From an uncultured Methanosarcinaceae archaeon (GTDB lineage: Archaea; Halobacteriota; Methanosarcinia; Methanosarcinales; Methanosarcinaceae), in contig CAVSHT010000012.1 in assembly GCA_963727895.1 (NCBI GenBank), positions 96,001 through 160,000 of the forward strand: a DNA stretch of 64,000 nucleotides. Reading direction: 5' to 3'. This document shows positions 45,553 to 55,214 of the stretch, piece by piece; position 1 is the first letter of the stretch; every line of letters starts with the position of its first letter. A program made the translations under genes and the position numbers. Under the pieces are notes generated by a model. That model was not told where the DNA came from. It saw nothing but the letters and a program-made list of their open reading frames with translations, and did no database searches.

Positions 45553-45837
45553 ATGCACAAGGAAGAACTAATACAACTGCACACATATATGGCTCAAATG
45601 AAAAGGTACTTTGAAAGGCACGGTGTAACTCACGAATTCGATGAGTACAAGGCTTTGTCCATAAGCCCTGTCCACATTCACCGGAGTAAGGCAGATCACA
45701 AGCGCGCAATTTTCATTTTAGGAGGCGAGCTTGCGACTCTTATGTCACGGGATGACCCTATCTTTGAGGAAACATCAACTCCAGCTCATATGAGGGAATC
45801 ATTGAATTCCGCCATCAAGCTCATGGGTAATAACTGA
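45553..45837 (+). CDS. UPF0058-family protein
   Basis: MHKEELIQLH..SPVHIHRSKADH. Confidence 0.88.
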   Translation: MHKEELIQLHTYMAQMKRYFERHGVTHEFDEYKALSISPVHIHRSKADHKRAIFILGGELATLMSRDDPIFEETSTPAHMRESLNSAIKLMGNN

Positions 45838-46351
45838 TAGGGTTCTTGAAAGTGAAAACGAATTCGTTGTCCGAAAGTATAGATTCCATATATTTTTGTT
45901 TTGAAATCAGGAGACGGTAAGGATGAAGATGCATTTTCATCACCATCCCATCCTCTCCATCTGAGTAATATTTTTTCTCAGTCCAGCAGGGTACAAATCC
46001 TATTGACTTATATAATTTTTGTGCCCCTGTGTTGCTATTTCTTACTTCGAGTCTTGCATATCGAAGTCCATTCGCAACAAAAATATCACAGATAGCATGA
46101 ATCAGTTCTGTTCCTATCCCTTTTCCTCGATATTCTTGTTTGACGCCAATAGAAAAAATGTGTCCTTCGTTTTCTGTAGAACGGTAGCCAACAATGTAGC
46201 CGATGATTTTTTCGTCCTGCTCGGCGACAAGAAAGCCATCCCCCACGTTTTCGTAAAAGCTCATATACAAGAGGGAGTTGTGCTCTGAAAAGGCCTCAGT
46301 TTCAATTTTAAGTACTTCTTGGAAGTCCTCAGGTTCAAAACGCCTTATCAT
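45821..46351 (-). CDS. rimI: RimI/Ard1-like N-acetyltransferase
   Basis: YRGKGIG, LEVRNSN.GA..LY and YYSDGEDG motifs; probable start MIRRFEP. Confidence 0.88.
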   Translation of the reverse strand: MIRRFEPEDFQEVLKIETEAFSEHNSLLYMSFYENVGDGFLVAEQDEKIIGYIVGYRSTENEGHIFSIGVKQEYRGKGIGTELIHAICDIFVANGLRYARLEVRNSNTGAQKLYKSIGFVPCWTEKKYYSDGEDGMVMKMHLHPYRLLISKQKYMESILSDNEFVFTFKNPISYYP

Positions 46352-46476
46352 AATATCTAATATATTTCTATCATGTTTTATTATTTCTTGTGATGGGAAA
46401 ATCTTTTCTAAAGTCCTTAGCTCAGATTTCCTCAAATTATTTTTTGTAGGACTTATTCAGAGATTCACCGTTAAGT

Positions 46477-48396
46477 TCAGAACTTCTTAATATGTCTGAC
46501 ATCTACCGCAACTCCTCTACTGGATTTTACCATTTCCTCTCCGCTCATCATAGCCCTTCCTACACAGAGCGCTTTTTTCCCAAGTACAACTACTTCATCA
46601 TTAGGTCGTATTTTCGGATCTGCGTGAGTAACTCCTGGGGCAAGAATTGAACCTCTTGGAAGAAAATCATCAATTGTAACCAGATATTTTTCACTTTTTA
46701 ACATCAATTCAGCACCTTCTAGCGAAAGAGCAAGCATTCCATATTGTGGAACGAGGGTTGCGAGTTGTTTTTTTCCGACAAAAAGCTGGTACTTAGGGAA
46801 TCGGCCTTTAACTGCAATTTTTCCCGCTTCTTCAGAGAAAAGAAGCTCAGCATCTTCTCCAAACTGATATTCTGCAATGGCTCTAAAGAAATTCACTTTT
46901 TCTGCATTAAGGTTTTTCTTACTAAAGCTTTCAGATGTACAGACAGATTCTACGGTATTTTTAAGATTTGAAAGAGCCTCCATAGACACAAGATTCCCTA
47001 TGCCAGTATAGATTATTTCAATATTGAGACGGTTTGCCACTCGTTCACAAATTTCCCTGTAAGCTCCTTCTACATGGGCAATAATGGCCTTATACTTGTA
47101 TCTTGAGAGATAAGCCTCAAGGCAACCAGATACCCAGGCTTTTTCTTCTTCGTCCCAGTGTCCTGTAACCGCAGTGTCATAATGAGACGCAGGGTATGTC
47201 AATTCTAGTTCTCTGGGAACTATTCCAAGTGGAGAAGTTAAAATCAACTCATGGACAAATTTCCTGTATTTTCCAAGCGACAGAATAAACTTCTGATGGG
47301 ATTGGGATATTGAATAAGGTTTTTTAGCAGCACATGGGAAAATTACTAGAATATCAAGATCTGGAGGTGTATATCTCTCCTGTATACGCCGCGCAAATCT
47401 TACCACTTCAACTCGGGATAAGGCTTCCGAGGTATCTGCAAGAAGCTGGTTTTGCCTAAAAGCAGGAACTTTTTCTTCAAGGTAGGAATATTCGAAATCT
47501 CCAAGTCTTAACAAAGCTGTGAGCCAGGGCCTAACTCTGCATTGGCCCTCAATATGTTCTCTCAATGTTCCGGCTCTAATTCTTTCTCGCACGAGAGAAA
47601 GTTCGGCTTCAAGGGCGTTTCTATTGTGAGCTGAAAGGAACTTTGCTCTCTCAATTTTTGGAAGCTTTCTGAGCTCTGCAGGCGTACTTTCAGCACATAC
47701 TCTGCACCTGCATGGAAACTCTGTAAGGGAGTCAAGATGGAAACTGCCTGCTGCTGTCAGGTAGATGTCAGAATAAGCCTTAATCTCTGCCCTTGTATCG
47801 TCCAGAACATCAATTCCGAGATAAGCCAGCATAGCTATATTTTCAGGAAGTGCGAGGTTTGGAGCATAAAGAGCTGTGTCAGGAGGAATCTGGTTTTTAA
47901 GCTCTATTACGGTCTCAAGGAATTTGCGGGCATTGTTTTCCAGGGTACCTGCCCCTTCCATTACATACAGGTCGGTTTTGTCAGGTTTTCCTCCTACTCT
48001 AAGGAGAGATCCTGTAGGACCTGTATCTTCAATGTTTTCGCCATTAAGGACAGTAAATTTTTCGACTTTTCCGAGGGATTCGGCTGGAATAGCAGGTGGA
48101 TAAGCTTGATGCGGCAGGATTACGAGAGTCCCGTTTCCTGCTTTTTCTCGGATTTGCTTTATATGTGCTTCAAGTTCTGCATCGGATTTCCCACTCCAGA
48201 AACTTCCTGCATCAACAATCGGTCCTGGATTTTCAAGCTTTCCGAGTTCGTCCGTACTCAAAATGCAGGGCGTATGAATCTCGGGAGACAGAAGAAGTTT
48301 CCCTGTCCTTGCTGCTCCGTCTCTTTGTTCTATCTCAAAGTACCGTGTCATGTTTGTCCTCTTATGTTTACCAGAATGTAAAGGTTTGTCCTGCAT
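46477..48396 (-). CDS. arcS: Archaeosine synthase (TGT-like, with PUA domain)
   Basis: RDGAARTG, CRCRVC, PCAAKKPYS and ELTYP motifs; C-terminal PUA; start possibly 48351. Confidence 0.9.
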   Translation of the reverse strand: MQDKPLHSGKHKRTNMTRYFEIEQRDGAARTGKLLLSPEIHTPCILSTDELGKLENPGPIVDAGSFWSGKSDAELEAHIKQIREKAGNGTLVILPHQAYPPAIPAESLGKVEKFTVLNGENIEDTGPTGSLLRVGGKPDKTDLYVMEGAGTLENNARKFLETVIELKNQIPPDTALYAPNLALPENIAMLAYLGIDVLDDTRAEIKAYSDIYLTAAGSFHLDSLTEFPCRCRVCAESTPAELRKLPKIERAKFLSAHNRNALEAELSLVRERIRAGTLREHIEGQCRVRPWLTALLRLGDFEYSYLEEKVPAFRQNQLLADTSEALSRVEVVRFARRIQERYTPPDLDILVIFPCAAKKPYSISQSHQKFILSLGKYRKFVHELILTSPLGIVPRELELTYPASHYDTAVTGHWDEEEKAWVSGCLEAYLSRYKYKAIIAHVEGAYREICERVANRLNIEIIYTGIGNLVSMEALSNLKNTVESVCTSESFSKKNLNAEKVNFFRAIAEYQFGEDAELLFSEEAGKIAVKGRFPKYQLFVGKKQLATLVPQYGMLALSLEGAELMLKSEKYLVTIDDFLPRGSILAPGVTHADPKIRPNDEVVVLGKKALCVGRAMMSGEEMVKSSRGVAVDVRHIKKF

Positions 48397-48615
48397 TTTT
48401 TCTAATAATTTCCTCTACTCGTTATTTTTCTGAAGCTGAAAGATGCTATGCTTTACTTTTTATTTCATGGTTAACTCTTCAGAAGAAAGGAAGACGGTAT
48501 ATTCTTATATATTATTAATCTTGATTATTTCCTGCAACTCATCTTTGCAACTCATCTTTCATTCATCTGTTGCCAGCCGTGACAGAAATCCTATTTTTTA
48601 CATCTGAATTTTAAT

Positions 48616-49998
48616 TTGAGGTCTAAAATGGATATAACTACAGAACTTCGAAAAATCGTTGGTGAGAGAGTCTCGGTTTCACCTTCGGAACTTTATTGTT
48701 ATTCTTCTGACGCATCTCAGGTCAAGGGAATGCCTGATTATGTGGTGCGCCCGAAAAACACAGAAGAAGTAAGCCGGATTGTTAGGCTTGCCTATGAGAA
48801 TGATATTCCTGTAACTGCAAGGGGAGCAGGCACTGGACTTGCAGGTGGTGCAGTTCCTGTTGGTGGGGGAATTGTGCTGGATATGTCGGGTATGAATAAG
48901 ATTCTTGAAATCGATATTGATAATATTCAGGTTGTGGTAGAGCCTGGAGCTATTCAGGATGCTTTAAATGATGCACTAAAGCCTTATGGTTTTTTCTTTC
49001 CTCCCAATCCTGGCAGTTCAGCCATGTGCACTATCGGGGGTATGATAGGTTACAATGCAAGTGGAATGCGCTGTGTTAAGTATGGTACTACCAGAAACTA
49101 TGTGCGCGACCTGGAAGTAGTTCTTGCAGATGGAACAGTTATCCATACTGGTTCAAAAATGCTGAAATCCGCTGCAGGATACGATTTGACCCAGCTTATT
49201 GTAGGTTCGGAAGGCACACTAGGCATTGTTACGAAAGCCGGCTTGAAAATTGCTCCTCTCCCTAAAACTCGAAAATTGGTAATCACTTCCTTTGAAAATG
49301 CAGAGATTGCAGGACAGGCAGTTGTAAAAACCTTTTCAAATGGGGTAATTCCTTCAGCATGTGAAATTCTGGATAGAGTTTCCCTGCAGGTTCTCAGACG
49401 CTACGACCCGAAACTTGTACTTCCTTCGGAAGGAGATGTAATTCTTTTCGAGGTCGACGGCACTGAAAACTCGTCACGTGAAGCTGCGGAACAGGTTATG
49501 AAAGTCTGTAGACCTCTGGCAATTTCCATAAGGCTTGCAGAAAGCGAACAGGAAATGGCAGACATCTGGGCAGCCAGAAAACTCGTAGGAGCTGCAGTTT
49601 CTCGTCTGGACCCAACAAAGAGCCGTATCTATGTCGGAGAAGATGTGGGAGTTCCCATAAAAAAGATCCCAGAACTGTTAAAACGAGCACAGGAAATCGC
49701 TGAGAAATTCAATTTGCCTGCTATGAAGTATGGGCACATAGGAGATGGAAACCTTCACCTTGCCCTATTTATTGATGTCTTAAATAAAGATGAGTGGGAT
49801 CGCTTGAAAAAAGCTGCGGATATGGTCCACAGAACAGCAATTGAGCTTGGAGGCACGGTCAGCTCTGAGCATGGGGTAGGAGCAGCCAGAGCTGAATACA
49901 TGAAAGCTCAATGGGGTCCTGCTCTTGAGGTAATGCGTGCAATTAAAAAAGTTCTTGACCCGAAGGGAATATTGAATCCGGGCAAACTGGGGTTGTGA
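48616..49998 (+). CDS. GlcD-like FAD-linked 2-hydroxyacid dehydrogenase subunit
   Basis: RGAGTGLAGG, GSEGTLG, GHIGDGNLH, EHGVG and LNPGK motifs. Confidence 0.92.
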   Translation: MRSKMDITTELRKIVGERVSVSPSELYCYSSDASQVKGMPDYVVRPKNTEEVSRIVRLAYENDIPVTARGAGTGLAGGAVPVGGGIVLDMSGMNKILEIDIDNIQVVVEPGAIQDALNDALKPYGFFFPPNPGSSAMCTIGGMIGYNASGMRCVKYGTTRNYVRDLEVVLADGTVIHTGSKMLKSAAGYDLTQLIVGSEGTLGIVTKAGLKIAPLPKTRKLVITSFENAEIAGQAVVKTFSNGVIPSACEILDRVSLQVLRRYDPKLVLPSEGDVILFEVDGTENSSREAAEQVMKVCRPLAISIRLAESEQEMADIWAARKLVGAAVSRLDPTKSRIYVGEDVGVPIKKIPELLKRAQEIAEKFNLPAMKYGHIGDGNLHLALFIDVLNKDEWDRLKKAADMVHRTAIELGGTVSSEHGVGAARAEYMKAQWGPALEVMRAIKKVLDPKGILNPGKLGL

Positions 49999-51152
49999 AA
50001 ACCATGCAAAACGAAAGAAAAAAGGAAACTGAGACGGGAAAAGAGCTAGATGAGAAAATCAGCCCGAAAAAGGATGAAAAACAGCCCTCTGAAATTGACC
50101 GCAGATCGGTTTATAGATGTGTGCAGTGTGGAACCTGTCGCTCAGTTTGTCCTGTATTTGATGTGGTAGGCTGGGAATCTGCTAATACGCGCGGCAGAAT
50201 GCTGATAATTAAAAGCTTGCTTGAAGGCATGCCACCTTCCAAAGATATGCTCCCAAGCCTTGCTTCCTGCACAACCTGTGGAATCTGCGCTTCTAAATGT
50301 CCTGCAGGAGCAAATCCACCTGAGGTTGTGGAAGCTGCTCGTGCCCAGCTTGTGAAATGCGGCATTACAACAGAAGCCCAGGACAAATTAAAGTCCGCAG
50401 TCATGACATATGGAAACTCTTTTGGGGATACAAAAGACCGTAAAAACTGGCTTTCCGAAGAAGAACGTTTAAATCTCCCTGAAAAGTCAGATTATGTTTA
50501 TTTTGTGGGTTGTTTTGATTCCTATCGCTATCCAGAGTCTGCTAAAAAAACATTTGGAATTTTAAAGCGTTTTGGAGTAACTCTTTTGCCTGATGAACAG
50601 TGCTGTACTTCCCCTCTCCTTCGTACCGGATTTAGGGAGGAAGCAGAAGAGGTCATGAAACATAACCTTGAGCAGATTCGAAAGGTAGGAGCACATACAG
50701 TTATCACGAGCTGTGCTGGTTGTTATACAGCTCTCAAGAACAACTATCCTGAAGAACTCAATGTTGTCAGCCTTCCTGAGTTTCTTGCCGAACACCTGGA
50801 AGAACTTAATTTGAAGAAACTTGACCTTACAGTTACTTACCACGACCCCTGCCACCTTGGAAGGCATAATAAAGTCTATGACGCTCCAAGGAAAGTTATC
50901 CAGGCAATCTGTACTCTCAAGGAGATGAAAAACATTAAAGAAAACGCGTGCTGTTGTGGAGGCGGCGGCGGAGTAAGAAGAGGGTATCCTGATATTTCCC
51001 TTGAGCTTGCAAGAAACAGGCTTAAAGACGTGCCAGAAGGCGTTGATTTTATTGTCACTTCCTGCCCTCTATGCGTGAGAAATCTCAGCGATGCAGGTGG
51101 AGATGTTGAAGTTATTGATATTGTCGAACTCGTGGCAATGGCGCTTGAGTAA
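49995..51152 (+). CDS. GlcF/HdrD-like Fe-S protein with CCG domains
   Basis: Two CxxCxxCxxxCP motifs; YHDPCHL, CCGGGGG and TSCPLC motifs; overlaps the upstream stop. Confidence 0.92.
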   Translation: MKTMQNERKKETETGKELDEKISPKKDEKQPSEIDRRSVYRCVQCGTCRSVCPVFDVVGWESANTRGRMLIIKSLLEGMPPSKDMLPSLASCTTCGICASKCPAGANPPEVVEAARAQLVKCGITTEAQDKLKSAVMTYGNSFGDTKDRKNWLSEEERLNLPEKSDYVYFVGCFDSYRYPESAKKTFGILKRFGVTLLPDEQCCTSPLLRTGFREEAEEVMKHNLEQIRKVGAHTVITSCAGCYTALKNNYPEELNVVSLPEFLAEHLEELNLKKLDLTVTYHDPCHLGRHNKVYDAPRKVIQAICTLKEMKNIKENACCCGGGGGVRRGYPDISLELARNRLKDVPEGVDFIVTSCPLCVRNLSDAGGDVEVIDIVELVAMALE

Positions 51153-51319
51153 TCTGGCTGCTTTTAAGTTAGCCATTTCAAGTTTAACTGAAGCTTCTAA
51201 GTTGAGTTTTTTAAGAACCGTATTTTTTGGCTCATCCCTTTCTTTTTAATGCATATGACACCATATTTTTATTTTCGGAAAACAATATTAGTTTCAGAAT
51301 AGATTAGGAGGACAGGGTT

Positions 51320-51577
51320 ATGAGTTGTAAACCGATAACATTTCTTGAAGTTAAGCCTGATACCTTTAACTGTCTGAAAAAAAGGCTTCAGGGTTATGGT
51401 ATCCAGGTTCCGGCAGGAAACAGGGGAGAACTGTCTGGCAAAGGGGTTATTGCGAATTTCGAATGGGACGGACAGTCCACTCTCACTATTACAATCACGG
51501 AAAAACCGTTTATTGTCAGCTGTGATGTCGTAGCCCAGCAAATAAAAAGTTTTGTAAGAACTTGTCACGGCTCGTAA
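51320..51577 (+). CDS. Small hypothetical protein with four Cys
   Basis: RBS aggagg; paralogous to the next ORF. Confidence 0.8.
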   Translation: MSCKPITFLEVKPDTFNCLKKRLQGYGIQVPAGNRGELSGKGVIANFEWDGQSTLTITITEKPFIVSCDVVAQQIKSFVRTCHGS

Positions 51578-51679
51578 ATATTCTCTCTGATTCGTGGGGA
51601 AATTTAGAATTAGCTTCGAAAATTAGCTTCGAACTACAATAAGAATTAATTTCACAGAAATTAATTTTTGATTCAGATT

Positions 51680-51961
51680 ATGAGTGAAAGGAAACTGGAT
51701 ACTGAAGGCTGTCAGGGGATTAAATTCACAAATGTGACTCCTGATATCTTTTCTTGCATGAAGAAACAACTTCAAGTCTATGGAATCGAGTTTTCATCAG
51801 GAAATTCCAGAGTGCTTGAAGGAAACGGAATAGTTGCCCATTTCAACTGGGATGGTGAGACAAACCTGTCAATTGAGATCAAGGAAAGATCTCTGGACAC
51901 TTACTGCGGGCAGGTAAGTGGAATGTTCAGGTTTTTCTGGCGTGAGTGTCAGGGTTTATAA
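51680..51961 (+). CDS. Small hypothetical protein, paralog of 51320-51577
   Basis: Shared C..I.F..V.PD.F.C.KK.LQ.YGI, G.G..A.F.WDG and terminal C.G. Confidence 0.78.
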   Translation: MSERKLDTEGCQGIKFTNVTPDIFSCMKKQLQVYGIEFSSGNSRVLEGNGIVAHFNWDGETNLSIEIKERSLDTYCGQVSGMFRFFWRECQGL

Positions 51962-52261
51962 AGTGAAACCAATCCATGCTTACATCAGGATTACGTGTGT
52001 TTTTACCTTAAAATCGTGTATTTATTTGGATAAAACGGTTCAGGTATATTTTAAAGTAAAAGCGAGAAGTACTTTAAGTTCTTTGTTGAGAATACTTAAT
52101 ATGTATTTTTCACACCTTCTTCACACATCTTCTTCACTTTGTTTTTTGTTTGTTATTTGAGTGTCTACTTTTCGTAATTATTTTGTTTCAATCCTTTATA
52201 TCTAAAGATACCAGTATTTATATAACTTTAAAACACATGAGTACCATGGAGATGTAAAAAT

Positions 52262-52687
52262 ATGTCTGAATCTCCTAACCGATTTCATTGCCTTGATGCC
52301 GATGTTTGGATTGAGGTTCCAGATAGGGTAATAGGCGTTACTGGTAATTGCTACGTTGGACGGGATTATATCCCTAAAAACGGTAAAACACGATACGATG
52401 TGAGGATCTTCGTTAAGGAAATCAAAATGGAACAAGAGGACCATGATACATTGATTAACGATAATGCTCTAAAATTATCTCGACGTAAGTCAGATGACAT
52501 TGATGCTTTGATTGAGAAAGGCGTGAATCTGAAAAATTTCGGAAAGTACTATGAAGCTCTGCAAGCATTTGAGAAAGCACTAGAACTCGAACCTGAGAAA
52601 AATCGTAGGGATTCTAGTGATCTTCGTCTTCGTGGCGCTCGTAATAAGACCTCTGAAAGGGATCGAAGCAACAATGTAGAACAGTAA
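52262..52687 (+). CDS. Hypothetical protein containing one TPR motif (possibly a fused or truncated remnant)
   Basis: ALIEKGVNL..GKYYEALQAFEKALELEP TPR motif; unrelated-looking N-terminus; charged tail. Confidence 0.55.
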   Translation: MSESPNRFHCLDADVWIEVPDRVIGVTGNCYVGRDYIPKNGKTRYDVRIFVKEIKMEQEDHDTLINDNALKLSRRKSDDIDALIEKGVNLKNFGKYYEALQAFEKALELEPEKNRRDSSDLRLRGARNKTSERDRSNNVEQ

Positions 52688-52784
52688 ATTAAATGAACGC
52701 AAAATTTGACTTCGAATTTTCAGCAAATTCGTGAAACTACTGAAATGCTACTAAATTTTAACAATTTACAAACTTGCACTTTAA

Positions 52785-53045
52785 TTAATAAGCATCTTTA
52801 TGATGAGCCAATTTTACTAACGTCACAGTTTGTTCTTTTTCATTAACAGAAAAACATAGTACAAAGTTAGAATCAACATGCACTCGCTTGTACTTATTCA
52901 AAGGATAGTTGAGATTTTTGTAGTGCTGAGGATTAATGCAAATTTCATCAGCTTTCTTGAATACTGCCTCAAACAGTACATGATTCTTTTTGTTTAACTT
53001 TCTCAGCTCTTTTGAAAGTTTTCCTTTGATTAATAATTTGTACAA
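52785..53045 (-). CDS. RelE/ParE/YafQ-family type II toxin
   Basis: Basic 86-aa protein; P.HYKNL..L...KRVHV..FVL.F; terminal HHKDAY. Confidence 0.88.
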   Translation of the reverse strand: MYKLLIKGKLSKELRKLNKKNHVLFEAVFKKADEICINPQHYKNLNYPLNKYKRVHVDSNFVLCFSVNEKEQTVTLVKLAHHKDAY

Positions 53046-53047
53046 GC

Positions 53048-53314
53048 TTACTCATCCTCATCAGGCAAGCTTTCGATGTATGCTTTTAGTTCACTGGCAT
53101 TTTCAAATGGCCCAATTACTTCATCATTTTCCGAATCAAGCATTTCTTTTATGAACTCAGGCTTGTATTGAGATTCAAGTATTTTTTCTTCATACTGAGC
53201 TACAACTAAGTCAAGAGCTGCACTCTTATCCTTTAGATTATATTTGGCTTTAACAATATTCAGAACCTGATTTGTTCTGTCTGATAGTTTAACTCTAGCT
53301 TGTATCATATGCAT
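53048..53314 (-). CDS. Antitoxin (DUF2683-like, RHH-type)
   Basis: N.VLNIVKAKYNLKDKSAAL motif, acidic tail, 2 bp upstream of the toxin; atgcaca direct repeats at ~53320-53338. Confidence 0.85.
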   Translation of the reverse strand: MHMIQARVKLSDRTNQVLNIVKAKYNLKDKSAALDLVVAQYEEKILESQYKPEFIKEMLDSENDEVIGPFENASELKAYIESLPDEDE

Positions 53315-53420
53315 CCCTTATGCACATAATATGCACACGTTATCTATAAAACTATCTTTCTGTGAAGTCGAAAAATACTGGTTTTTATGAGAAAACATCT
53401 GTATACTGCAGATTTTTCTA

Positions 53421-54301
53421 TTATTCCTGAGGATTTTCTCTCTCAATTGGATTTATTATCCAATTGCTACAAGATTTTAATTTTTTAACAATTGATGGTG
53501 GTAGTGGATTGTTTGCTAAATGATTATTGCAGAAACAAACACGTCTTTCATAGTTTTCAGCTTTTTCGTAATAGTAAATTATAACGGCAGAAATTTTATC
53601 ATTCTTTTTTCTTTCTCCAGGCTCCAAAATCCCATCAAGCCTTATGTGATCAAATCCAAAACCACGTATTATGTTAGTAATTTCATGGTAAGATGTGTTT
53701 TTTATTTTTAATGCAATAATACCTGGGTGAGCAACAGACAATTGCTCCCTTTCTGTCTAAGTTTTCCTGCAAACTTTATAGGCTTGCGTTTTGTAATATA
53801 GCCATAATCTACAGAACTATTTTCAATTTTTTCCCATTCGGCATCTTTTTCATTCCAATGAATCTTTGATCCATCACACCAGATTATTCCAAAATCACCA
53901 AAAAATGTAGAAACTTCAATAAATATCTGGGGGTCAACATTTGTAACCTTGATATCATTATTTTTACTGTTTTCTAGAGGTGGAGGCTCAAATTCAATAT
54001 CAAAACCTATTTCTTTACATAATAATCCTATTTCCAATTCTGCTAGTGCACCCTGATAGTTCTCTTTATTTCCAAGCTTATTTTGAAAATGATCCTCTGC
54101 TTTTTTGATTTCGTCTTTTAAAGTTAATAAGCAATTCTCAACATGTTCAAGATAAGCAGCAGAAAATTCATCATTTTTTATTATCTCTTCTACTATAGGG
54201 TGTTCCGTTTCTTCTTTTGTAAGTTCTGTTTCAATCCATTCCTGCGTAAAAAAATCAGCAATATGAGGGTATTTCCTATTTATTTCTAAAAAAGATGTCA
54301 T
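53421..54301 (-). pseudogene. Low-GC hypothetical with PD-(D/E)xK-like motif, split by a 1-bp frameshift near 53746
   Basis: AELEIG..GFDIEFEP..NDIKV..IFIEVS motif; one added base joins KLRQKG to QLSVAHPGIIAL. Confidence 0.6.
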
Positions 54302-54393
54302 AATAAAAAAATGTATTATGAATTATATTATTATTCCTATCATATCATGATAATTTATAAAGTATACAGAACTTTCAGTGTAATACTATTTAT

Positions 54394-55087
54394 GGTATTG
54401 ATACTTAAACATAGTTATATACTATTAGAAAGTATATTTCTTCATGAACTGCCCCAAATGCAATAGTTCCAGTCACAAAAAGAACGGTATAGTTGGCGGG
54501 CGTCAACGGTACAAATGCTCTGATTGTGGCTATAACTATACAGTAGAGCTAAAATCAACTGCTTTTTCCGCTTCTGTAAAAAGACAGGCTTTACAACTTT
54601 ACCTTGAAGGATTGGGCTTTCGTTCAATAGGAAGAGTTTTAGGGGTGAGTCATGTTTCTGTCCAAAAATGGATAAAGAAATTTGGTCAAGAGTGAGAGGA
54701 CCTAAAAAGTGAAAATGAGATATCTATTGTTGAAATGGATGAGATGCATACTTACATCTGTAACAAAAAAATATTAATGGATCCTTTTGGTAACAGAGGA
54801 ACAGAAACTGGAAAACTACTTTGGGAAAAAGTGAAGAAAAAAAATTGGAGAAGTGATGACAGATCACTGGAGAGCATATGCAGAGTTTCTTCCTGAAACG
54901 ATTCATACTCAATCCAAAGCAGAAACGTATACTGTTGAAGGATATAACAGCATATTGAGGCACTTTCTAGCAAGATTGAGAAGAAAGACAAAGTGTTATA
55001 CGAAGAGTCTTGAAATGCTAAAGTACTCGGTTATTCTATTGATGAAATACAGAAATAAAGAGTTAACTATGTTTAGTTAGCAATACC
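54394..55087 (+). mobile_element. IS1-family element, 694 bp, defective (in-frame TGA plus internal deletion)
   Basis: Ends ggtattg...caatacc; near-identical to 23176-23915 but lacks the CWIWIAVDR.. segment; no target duplication. Confidence 0.9.
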
Positions 55088-55214
55088 AAATATAAAACTA
55101 GATATATTTAAGTAACAATGCCCTATTTATTTACTCTATATAACTTACGCACTTGAAACAAAAACAGTAGCATTAAACCCATATCTTACTAAAATTAAAA
55201 TTTAACTATGACTT

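Noticed and set aside
45821..45837. 17-bp convergent overlap of the UPF0058 gene and rimI
   Set aside because: Short tail-to-tail overlaps are ordinary.
47737..48518. Long antisense ORFs (e.g. 214 aa opposite arcS; similar ones opposite ftr, por and the CBS genes)
   Set aside because: Shadows of well-supported genes on the other strand, with no independent motifs.
48534..48560. Short 11-13 bp tandem duplications (also ~51609-51633 and ~57400-57450)
   Set aside because: Common slippage repeats in AT-rich spacers with no sign of function.
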